The translations under genes and the position numbers were made by a program. This document shows, in pieces, positions 29,671 through 37,170 of a stretch of 47,283 nucleotides of DNA. The stretch covers positions 1 through 47,283 of the forward strand of contig JAZBOO010000026.1 of assembly GCA_036351155.1 (NCBI GenBank), in the 5' to 3' direction. The stretch's first letter is position 1. Each line of letters opens with the position of its first letter. The stretch comes from Candidatus Krumholzibacteriia bacterium. GTDB taxonomy: Bacteria; Krumholzibacteriota; Krumholzibacteriia; LZORAL124-64-63. A model generated the notes under the pieces. That model made no database searches and was not told the origin of the DNA. It worked only from the letters and a program-made list of their open reading frames with translations.

Positions 29671-31221
29671 ATGGCCAAGACCGAGAAGAAAATCAGCAAA
29701 AACCAGATCTTTCGCGCCCTGGGTCTGAAGGCCAGGATGAAGGGCGCCAATGTCGGCGGCGAGTGGTTTGCCGACAGCAAGGACTACATCACCAGTGTCA
29801 ACCCGACCACCGGTGAAGTGCTGGCCAAGATTGAACAGGCCAGCGCCAAGGATTACGACAAGGTCATGAAGCAGGCTCGCAAGGCCTTTGTTGAGTTCCG
29901 CACTCTGCCTGCTCCCCAGCGTGGCGAAATTGTCCGTCAGGTGGGCGAAGCCCTGCGCGCCAAGAAGGACATGCTGGGTGCTCTGGTCAGCCTGGAAATG
30001 GGCAAGATCTACACCGAGGGGCTGGGTGAAGTGCAGGAGATGATCGACATCTGTGACTTTGCTGTGGGCCTGAGCCGGAATCTGAGTGGCCCCACCCTGC
30101 AGAGCGAGCGTCCCAAGCACCGCATGATGGAACAGTGGCACCCCCTGGGCGTTGTGGGCATCATCAGTGCCTTCAACTTCCCCGTGGCCGTGTGGGCCTG
30201 GAACACCGCCCTGGCCTGGGTGTGTGGTGACAGCTGCCTGTGGAAGCCTTCCAGCAAGACGCCCCTGTGTGCCATCGCTTGCCAGAACATCGTCAACGAG
30301 GTGTTCAAGGCCAACGGCTTGACCGAGGGTGTCAGCTGTGTGACCATTGGCCGTGGCTCGACCATCGGCGAAAAGCTGATCAACGACAAGCACATTCCCC
30401 TGGTGAGCGCCACCGGGTCGACCCGCATGGGTCAGCGGATTGGTGGCGTGGTGGGTGCCCGCCTGGGCCGCTCCATCCTGGAGCTCGGCGGCAACAACGC
30501 CATCATCATCAGTGAAAAAGCCGACCTGACCGGTGCCCTGGCCAGCGCTTTCTTTGGTGCCGTGGGTACTGCCGGTCAGCGTTGCACTTCCACCCGCCGC
30601 TTGATCATCCAGGAAACGGTGTACGACACCTTCGTCAAGAAGCTGATCGCCAACTACAAGAAGGTGGCCATCGGCGACCCCCTGGACAGCAAGACCCTGA
30701 TGGGCCCCTTGATCGATGAGGGCGCCGTGGCGGACTACGAGAATGCCATCAAGGCGGCCAAGGAGCAGGGCGGCAAGGTATTGTACGGAGGCAAGGTGCT
30801 CAAGCCTTTCGGTGCGGCCACCTTCGTGCAGCCCACCATTGTGGAGATCGAGAACAAGGCGCAGATCGTCCAGGACGAGACCTTTGCTCCGATCCTGTAT
30901 GTGATGAAGTACAAGAAGCTGGACCAGGCCTTCAAGCTGCACAACGATGTGCCTCAGGGACTGAGCAGCGCCATCTACACCGACAGCGTGAACGAGGGCG
31001 AAGCCTTCCTGAGCTACCTCGGGAGCGACTGTGGAATCGCCAACATCAACATCGGCACCAGCGGCGCTGAGATTGGTGGCGCCTTTGGCGGCGAGAAGGA
31101 AACCGGCGGTGGCCGCGAGTCCGGGTCCGACTCCTGGAAGATGTACATGCGCCGGCAGACCAATACCATCAACTGGGGCGGCGAAGTGCACCTGGCCCAG
31201 GGCGTGGAGTTCAAGGCCTAA
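29671..31221 (+). CDS. Aldehyde dehydrogenase family 7 (alpha-aminoadipate semialdehyde dehydrogenase, antiquitin-like)
   Basis: GEVQEMIDICDFAVGLSR, SAFNFPVAV, LELGGNN, GTAGQRCT, GAEIGGAFGGEK and ESGSDSWK motifs. Confidence 0.93.
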   Translation: MAKTEKKISKNQIFRALGLKARMKGANVGGEWFADSKDYITSVNPTTGEVLAKIEQASAKDYDKVMKQARKAFVEFRTLPAPQRGEIVRQVGEALRAKKDMLGALVSLEMGKIYTEGLGEVQEMIDICDFAVGLSRNLSGPTLQSERPKHRMMEQWHPLGVVGIISAFNFPVAVWAWNTALAWVCGDSCLWKPSSKTPLCAIACQNIVNEVFKANGLTEGVSCVTIGRGSTIGEKLINDKHIPLVSATGSTRMGQRIGGVVGARLGRSILELGGNNAIIISEKADLTGALASAFFGAVGTAGQRCTSTRRLIIQETVYDTFVKKLIANYKKVAIGDPLDSKTLMGPLIDEGAVADYENAIKAAKEQGGKVLYGGKVLKPFGAATFVQPTIVEIENKAQIVQDETFAPILYVMKYKKLDQAFKLHNDVPQGLSSAIYTDSVNEGEAFLSYLGSDCGIANINIGTSGAEIGGAFGGEKETGGGRESGSDSWKMYMRRQTNTINWGGEVHLAQGVEFKA

Positions 31222-31240
31222 CCTGTCCGCCGAGTCGAAC

Positions 31241-31277
31241 GCAGCCTCGCTTCCTTCCCGGAGGCGGGGCTGTTTTT
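31241..31277 (+). terminator. Intrinsic terminator
   Basis: Stem GCAGCCTCGCTTCC...GGAGGCGGGGCTGT followed by TTTT. Confidence 0.8.
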
Positions 31278-31345
31278 GCGTGGGAGCGGGACCGGCGAGG
31301 CAAGGGTAGATTGGGGATGAACCTGTCTGCGAAAGGAATCACGCC

Positions 31346-31762
31346 ATGCCCCATCGCCCCATCCTGCTGTACGATGGACATTGCCCGTTCTGTGCTTCCA
31401 TGGTGCGCCGGCTGGATGCCTGGGATCGCGAGGGTGCGCTGGAAACCGTGCCTGCAGACAGTGATCGGGGACGGCAAGTGGTGGCCACCCATGACGTTTC
31501 CGCCAACCTGGGGGCGACCGTGGTGCTGGTGAAGGGCGAGCAGGTTCTGGTGCGCAGTGAGGCCGCGTTGCAGGCCCTCGGATTGACGGGGGGCTGGCGA
31601 AAAGGCCTGGCCCAGCTGGGCCGGTGGGTGCCGCGGGGGTGGCGCGACCGTGTTTACGGCCTGGTGGCCCGCAACCGGAGCCGACCGGGCGCGGGGCCGG
31701 CTCTCATCTCCCTCGACGAAAAAGGCCGTGGACAGGACGGGCGTCCCACCCACGGCCCTTGA
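31346..31762 (+). CDS. DCC1-like thiol-disulfide oxidoreductase (DUF393)
   Basis: LLYDGHCPFC and RDRVYGLVARNR motifs. Confidence 0.88.
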   Translation: MPHRPILLYDGHCPFCASMVRRLDAWDREGALETVPADSDRGRQVVATHDVSANLGATVVLVKGEQVLVRSEAALQALGLTGGWRKGLAQLGRWVPRGWRDRVYGLVARNRSRPGAGPALISLDEKGRGQDGRPTHGP

Positions 31763-31777
31763 TCGATACCGGGCCGG

Positions 31778-33568
31778 TCAGGACCGGATTTCATCCCAGA
31801 TGGTTTTCATGTCGTGCTTCACATGCACCTTCCGGTTCCGGTAGGTGGTGTGCAGCAGTTCATGCGACTTGTGACCCAGCGGTTCGCCCAGGAACTCCTC
31901 GTAGATCTTCTGGATGCAGGGGTTGTTGTGGGATTGCCGGATGGTGGCGTCCTTGTCGATCTGGTAGATCGCCTTTTGCCGCTCATGCCAGAAGGTCTGG
32001 TAGTTCTTCTTGATGCGCGGCTGGCCCCCGCCGCCCATGCAGCCACCGGGGCAACCCATGAACTCGATGAAGGTGTAGTCGGCTTCTCCGCTGTTCACCC
32101 GCTCGATCATGGTCTTGGCCGCAGCCAATCCGTGGGCCACGCCGACCTTGATCACGCCCTTGTCGCCCAGGTCCACATCGGCTTCGCGCATGTTCTCGTA
32201 GCCGCGGATGGGCAGGAATTCGATACCTTCGAGTTCACTGCCGGTCACCGCGAAGTGGAGGGTGCGGATGGCCGCCTCGGTCACGCCGCCGGTGGTGCCG
32301 AAGATCTCGGCCGCGCCGGAATACAGGCCCATCCATTCGTTGTTGTACTGGCCTTCGGGCAATCCGGGCAGCCACACACCCTCGCGCTTGAGCAGACGCG
32401 CGCATTCCCGGGTGGTCAACACCACGTCCACGTCGGGGCGGCCGTTGGTCTTGAACTCGGGTCGGCCGGCCTCTTCCTTCTTGGCCGTGCAGGGCATGAT
32501 GCTGACCACACGCATCTTGGCCGGATCCACGTTCATCTTGTCGGCCAGGTAGGTCTTGGCCACGGCGCCGAAGCACTGCTGGGGCGACTTGACGGTGCTC
32601 AGGTTGTCCAGCCGCTCGGGATGATTCTTCTCCAGCCAGTTGACCCATCCGGGCGAGCAGCTGGTGAACATGGGCAGGGTGCCGCCGTTGGTGACCCGTT
32701 GCAGCAGCTCGTTCCCTTCTTCCATGATGACCAGGTCAGCAGTGAAGTTGGTGTCCAGCACCACATCGGCGCCCAGCTGCTCGAAGGCGCTGATCAGTTT
32801 GCCCTCGACATTTTCGCCGAAGCCCATGTTGAACTCTTCACCGAGGGCCACGCGGGTGGCCGGGGCGATCTGGATGACGGTGAAGATGTCCGGGTCGTAG
32901 AAGTAGTCGATGACCCGCTCGGTGTCGTCCTTCTCGGCCAGGGCCCCCACGGGGCAAACCAGGGTGCATTGCCCGCACGAGATGCAGGTGCTGTCGCTCA
33001 TGGTGATGCTGTCGCGCACGCCAATTTCCGCCTTGACGCCCTTGCCGGTGAACACCAGAACATCGGTGCCCTGGACGTCGCGGCAAACGGCCAGGCAGCG
33101 CTGGCAGCGGACGCACTTGGTCATGTCCCGGACAATGGACGGGCTGGTGCGGTCGATGCAACGGCCCGCAAAGTAATCGGGATTGCTGAACCGGGTGTTC
33201 TGCAGCCCCACGAACTGCGCGGTGTCCTGCAGCTCGCAATCCCCGTGCCGTACACAGGAGGCACAGTCCTGGTTGTGGTCAGCCAGCAGCAGCTCCATTT
33301 GCAGGCGCTGATGCTGCCGCACTTTCTGGGTCCTGGTGCGGATGACCATGCCGGCTTCGATGGGGGTGTCGCAGGCCGTCAGCAGCTGGGGTTTGTCCTG
33401 TCCTTCGGAGGTCACCTCGACGATGCACATGCGGCAGGTGCCCGGGGTGTGGCCGATGTCCGCCAGCTCGCAAAGAGTGGGGATGAAATGGCCGCCCGCC
33501 CGGGCAGCCTCGAGAATGGTGGTGTGCTCGGCGAACTCCACGCTCTTGCCATTGATGATTGCGTTCAC
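31778..33568 (-). CDS. hydA: [FeFe]-hydrogenase catalytic subunit (group A)
   Basis: H-cluster motifs TSCSPGW, MPCTAKKEE and EFMGCPGGCMGGGGQP; N-terminal 2Fe-2S, His-ligated 4Fe-4S and 2x4Fe-4S motifs; C-terminal SHELLHT. Confidence 0.95.
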   Translation of the reverse strand: MNAIINGKSVEFAEHTTILEAARAGGHFIPTLCELADIGHTPGTCRMCIVEVTSEGQDKPQLLTACDTPIEAGMVIRTRTQKVRQHQRLQMELLLADHNQDCASCVRHGDCELQDTAQFVGLQNTRFSNPDYFAGRCIDRTSPSIVRDMTKCVRCQRCLAVCRDVQGTDVLVFTGKGVKAEIGVRDSITMSDSTCISCGQCTLVCPVGALAEKDDTERVIDYFYDPDIFTVIQIAPATRVALGEEFNMGFGENVEGKLISAFEQLGADVVLDTNFTADLVIMEEGNELLQRVTNGGTLPMFTSCSPGWVNWLEKNHPERLDNLSTVKSPQQCFGAVAKTYLADKMNVDPAKMRVVSIMPCTAKKEEAGRPEFKTNGRPDVDVVLTTRECARLLKREGVWLPGLPEGQYNNEWMGLYSGAAEIFGTTGGVTEAAIRTLHFAVTGSELEGIEFLPIRGYENMREADVDLGDKGVIKVGVAHGLAAAKTMIERVNSGEADYTFIEFMGCPGGCMGGGGQPRIKKNYQTFWHERQKAIYQIDKDATIRQSHNNPCIQKIYEEFLGEPLGHKSHELLHTTYRNRKVHVKHDMKTIWDEIRS

Positions 33569-33577
33569 GTCAGCCTC

Positions 33578-35563
33578 CTACTTTTCGGTGACGACCGAGT
33601 AAACCCGGTAGCAGCGCATGCAGCGGTTGGCTTCCTGATAGGCAGCCTCCACCGAGATGGGTTTTTCCACTTCCTCGAACTTCTGCTTGCGGGTCTCGGG
33701 ATCCAGCTCGTCCACCTTGACCCGGTAGAGATGCCGGATGGGCTGCTCGACCTGCTCGGTCTGCAGCTTGCGCATGCCCTTCAGCAGTTTCTGGAAGCGG
33801 CGATCGGGATTGAAGCCCAGGCGTCCGTGGGTCAGATAGTCGTCGATGCTCTCGGCGGCCTGCTGGCCCTGGGCCATGGCCTCGATCAGGGTGGCTGGTC
33901 CGGTGACGGCATCCCCGCCGGCGAACACGCCCCGGCGCGAGGTGCGCAGGGTCTGGTCATCGGCCTTGATCGTACCCCAGTCGTTGAACTCCACACCCTC
34001 GTCCGGAGCGATGAAGCTGTGGTCGACCTTCTGGCCGATGGCCGGGACCACGAAGTCCGTATCGAGGGTGAACTCGCTGTCGGCAATGGGGATGACGCGG
34101 GCCCGACCGCTCGAGTCGGGCTTGCCCAGTTCCATCTTCGTCAGTTCGATCCCGGTGACCTTGCCGTTCTTGCTGATCACCTGGGTGGGATGGGTCAGGT
34201 AGTGGAAGATCACGCCTTCCTTCTCGGCGGCCTCGACCTCTTCGATGTCCGCGGGCATTTCCTTGCGGCTGCGGCGATAAACCAGGTGCACTTCCTTGAC
34301 ACCCATGCGCAGGGCCGAGCGCACGCAATCCATGGCCACGTTGCCCCCGCCGACCACGACCATCTTTTCGCCCAGATCCATTTCCAGACCCAGGTTGATG
34401 TGGTAGTGGTTGATGAAGAGGAGGAACTTCACGCCGGTGATGTAGCCCTGCATGGTGCCCTCTTCACCGGGCACGCCCATGCCCTTGCCCTTGTGGGCAC
34501 CCACACCCAGGAAAACACTCTTGAATCCCCGGGCGATCAGGTCGTCCAGGTTGAAGTGCTTGCCCATGCGCTGGTTGTAATGGATGGTTCCGCCCAGATC
34601 TTCCAGGATGGAAACTTCCTTCCGAAGGATCTCCTCCTTGGGCAGGCGATACTCGGGAATACCCACGGCGGCCATGCCACCGGGCTCGGTCATGGCCTCG
34701 AAAACCTCGACCTGGTAGCCCTTGAGCAGCAGATGGTACGCGGCCGAGACCCCGGCCGGGCCGGCACCGATGACGGCCACCTTCAGGTCGGGTGACTTCT
34801 CCTCGGCGATCAGGTTGCGGCTGAACCAGTGGTCGCTGGCGTACTTCTGCTGGTCGGCCACGAAGCGCTTGAGCACCTTGATGCCTACGGGTTCGTCCAC
34901 CTGGGTGCGGCGGCAGGCCATTTCACAGAAGCGCACGCAAACACGGCCACAGGTGGCGGCCATGGGGTATTTCTGCAGGACCACGCCCACGGAGTGGGTG
35001 AACTTGCCGTCCTTCAGGTAGTCTATATAACGGGGTACGTCGACCTTGCTGGGGCATTCCTCGATGCAGGGTGCCGTGACGTAGCTCTGGCCCGGCTGGG
35101 CCACCTTGGCGGCGCCGCTGGTCAGTTCTTCCCCGATCTTTTCGGGAAACTCGTCCAGCAGTTTCAGCAAGGGTACGGTGGCCGTCTGACCCAGGCCGCA
35201 CAGGCTTGAGTCGTGGATGTGTTCGGCCAGCTCGCGGATTTCCTGGATCTTGCGCGCGTTGAGGCTTTTCCCACAGAGCGCGTTCAGCTTTTCCACCAGG
35301 ATCCGGGTGCCGGACCGGCAAGGGGTGCACTTTCCACAGCTTTCCTCGGCGGCTTTCTTGAGATAGTCAACGATGGCGCACAGCAGGCTGACGTCGTTGT
35401 CGAAAACGAAGAAGCCCTTGCCGCCCAGGAAGGCCTTGATCCGGTTGCCCGGATCGAATTCCCGAAAATCACCCAGCTCGGCAAACTCTTCAATTTCGAA
35501 GAAGCGCTTGCCGCGGTTGTCGAAGACCCGGTCGTCCCAGGCGCCGAATACGACTTTGGCCAT
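33578..35563 (-). CDS. FAD/Fe-S NAD(P)H oxidoreductase subunit (NuoF Fe-S fragment + GltD-like; SfrB-type)
   Basis: ESCGKCTPCR...SLCGLG, APCIEECP, CGRVCVRFCEMACRR, GAGPAG, GGGNVAMD, YRRS, FAGGD and EANRCMRC motifs. Confidence 0.88.
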   Translation of the reverse strand: MAKVVFGAWDDRVFDNRGKRFFEIEEFAELGDFREFDPGNRIKAFLGGKGFFVFDNDVSLLCAIVDYLKKAAEESCGKCTPCRSGTRILVEKLNALCGKSLNARKIQEIRELAEHIHDSSLCGLGQTATVPLLKLLDEFPEKIGEELTSGAAKVAQPGQSYVTAPCIEECPSKVDVPRYIDYLKDGKFTHSVGVVLQKYPMAATCGRVCVRFCEMACRRTQVDEPVGIKVLKRFVADQQKYASDHWFSRNLIAEEKSPDLKVAVIGAGPAGVSAAYHLLLKGYQVEVFEAMTEPGGMAAVGIPEYRLPKEEILRKEVSILEDLGGTIHYNQRMGKHFNLDDLIARGFKSVFLGVGAHKGKGMGVPGEEGTMQGYITGVKFLLFINHYHINLGLEMDLGEKMVVVGGGNVAMDCVRSALRMGVKEVHLVYRRSRKEMPADIEEVEAAEKEGVIFHYLTHPTQVISKNGKVTGIELTKMELGKPDSSGRARVIPIADSEFTLDTDFVVPAIGQKVDHSFIAPDEGVEFNDWGTIKADDQTLRTSRRGVFAGGDAVTGPATLIEAMAQGQQAAESIDDYLTHGRLGFNPDRRFQKLLKGMRKLQTEQVEQPIRHLYRVKVDELDPETRKQKFEEVEKPISVEAAYQEANRCMRCYRVYSVVTEK

Positions 35564-35565
35564 GG

Positions 35566-35838
35566 TCAGTCCTCCTTGGCCGCGGAACTGGTGGGCCAGA
35601 TTTCCTGTGTGAAGGTGCGGCGGCATTCCTCGGGGGTGACGTGGAAAAGACGGTCTCCCCAGCGGACGCTGACTTCGTCTTCACCCTTGTTGGTGCACTC
35701 GCCGATGCAAAAACTGCCCTTGAGGGCGATCTTGTCACCCAGCTGGTTTTCGCCGATGAGTTCCTTGAACTTTTTCACGACGATTTCCGCGCCGCTGAGG
35801 TGGCAGCTTTCGCCGACACAAACCACCAGATCTTGCAT
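35566..35838 (-). CDS. Small thioredoxin-like [2Fe-2S] ferredoxin (NuoE/HydC-like domain)
   Basis: VCVGESCHLSGA...GSFCIGEC four-Cys pattern; first gene of the hydrogenase operon. Confidence 0.85.
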   Translation of the reverse strand: MQDLVVCVGESCHLSGAEIVVKKFKELIGENQLGDKIALKGSFCIGECTNKGEDEVSVRWGDRLFHVTPEECRRTFTQEIWPTSSAAKED

Positions 35839-35855
35839 GTCCAGGCTCCTGTTGG

Positions 35856-35876
35856 TTTTGATAATTTATATCAAAA
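35856..35876. promoter_or_regulatory. Palindromic operator upstream of the hydrogenase operon
   Basis: TTTTGATA-ATTTA-TATCAAAA, with perfect 8-bp arms, in an AT-rich promoter region. Confidence 0.5.
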
Positions 35877-36081
35877 AATGACCTACAATCATCGTAATCT
35901 TGTTAAAAAATTATCGTTATTCCGGGGGAATCAAGAAGTTTTTTGTTTTTTTATAAATGGCATGAAAAGGGGGTTTTATAGCTTGCTGTGGGGCTGAGAT
36001 TGGCAAGAAGAAGATAATGCTTGGGTCGTGGGACGCCAGGAAATAGATAAAATAATAACGGGTATTCTTGTTTCCTTTAAT

Positions 36082-36216
36082 GTGTGCCTCGGAAATTGTT
36101 TCTGGAGGTTCTGGATGCCTCCTGTTGGCCTCAGACTTTTCATGTGGGGGGAATATTTGATCCTCTGGCACATGTTTCTCGGTATTTTTCAGCCGGAAAC
36201 AATTTCCGAGGCACAC
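36082..36216. repeat. 24-bp inverted repeat pair enclosing 87 bp
   Basis: GTGTGCCTCGGAAATTGTTTCTGG (36082-36105) and CCGGAAACAATTTCCGAGGCACAC (36193-36216) are complementary at 23 of 24 positions. Confidence 0.85.
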
Positions 36217-36304
36217 CATTTTTGCGGAGCTTGATGTGGACGGTCAAGGGGGCATTGACGCCAGGATTCCCATGTCGGAAAATGTCCCCACCAAAGGAGA
36301 TAAC

Positions 36305-37129
36305 ATGCCATTGCGGATGGTCCGAGATCTGGCGGTCATGACGATCGGGTTCATGGTGGGGGCCCTGGCCTTTTCCCTGCCCGCACGGGCGGGCGACGAT
36401 TTTCCTTTTTCCAATGATGCCGGTCGCGAAGGCGGTCTGCTTCTCCTGTCGGCGGCGGCCTTCGGTTTCGGCTGGCACCTGAACCGGGATTTTCGGCCCT
36501 TGATTCCCGAGGAAATCGACGCGCTGGACCCTGCCCAGCTCAATGGCCTGGATCGTGCGGCCGCGCGGTTCTGGTCACCGGGAGCCGACCGGGCCAGTGA
36601 CCATCTGGTCCATACCCAGATGATCTTGCCCCTGGGGTTGGGCCTGGCCGGCCGCGGCAGCCGTCAGCCCGGCAAGGTTCTGCCCATGTACCTGGAAACC
36701 ATGGCCGTGACCTCGGGTGTGACCTATCTGCTGAAGACCGTTTTTGGTCGGACCAGGCCCTTTGTCTACAATCGCAACCCCGCCATTTCTGCCGACCTCA
36801 AGATGTCCTCCACTGCGCGCCGGAGCTTCCCTTCCGGACATGCCGCCAGTGCCTTTGCTTCCATGGTTTTTTTTGCCGGTGTTTATGAGGACCTCAATCC
36901 CGGGGCCGGCGATACGGGCCTGGTCTGGGCAGGGTGCCTGACCTCGGCCGCGGTCACGGGGGTTCTGCGGATCAAGGCAGGCCGTCATTTCACCTCCGAC
37001 GTGCTGGCAGGCGCGGCCCTGGGGGCCCTGGTCGGGTACCTGGTGCCGCACTGGCATGAGGTGGACCCCGAATCCCGGGGGGGGCAGGCCGGGAAGCAGT
37101 TTGGTGTCTCCTACGGATTCTCCTTCTGA
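36305..37129 (+). CDS. PAP2 family phosphatase
   Basis: KTVFGRTRP, SFPSGH and RIKAGRHFTSD motifs; AAGGAG RBS. Confidence 0.9.
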   Translation: MPLRMVRDLAVMTIGFMVGALAFSLPARAGDDFPFSNDAGREGGLLLLSAAAFGFGWHLNRDFRPLIPEEIDALDPAQLNGLDRAAARFWSPGADRASDHLVHTQMILPLGLGLAGRGSRQPGKVLPMYLETMAVTSGVTYLLKTVFGRTRPFVYNRNPAISADLKMSSTARRSFPSGHAASAFASMVFFAGVYEDLNPGAGDTGLVWAGCLTSAAVTGVLRIKAGRHFTSDVLAGAALGALVGYLVPHWHEVDPESRGGQAGKQFGVSYGFSF

Positions 37130-37170
37130 TTGGACTGGCTCCCTGTCCCTTTGTCGCTTAACCTTCGGGC

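Noticed and set aside
32636..32665. HydA motif TSCSPGW (instead of TSCCPGW) as a sign of inactivity or novelty
   Set aside because: This variant is known in active multimeric group A [FeFe]-hydrogenases.
31814..34795. 993-aa plus-strand ORF
   Set aside because: Antisense shadow of the hydrogenase genes.
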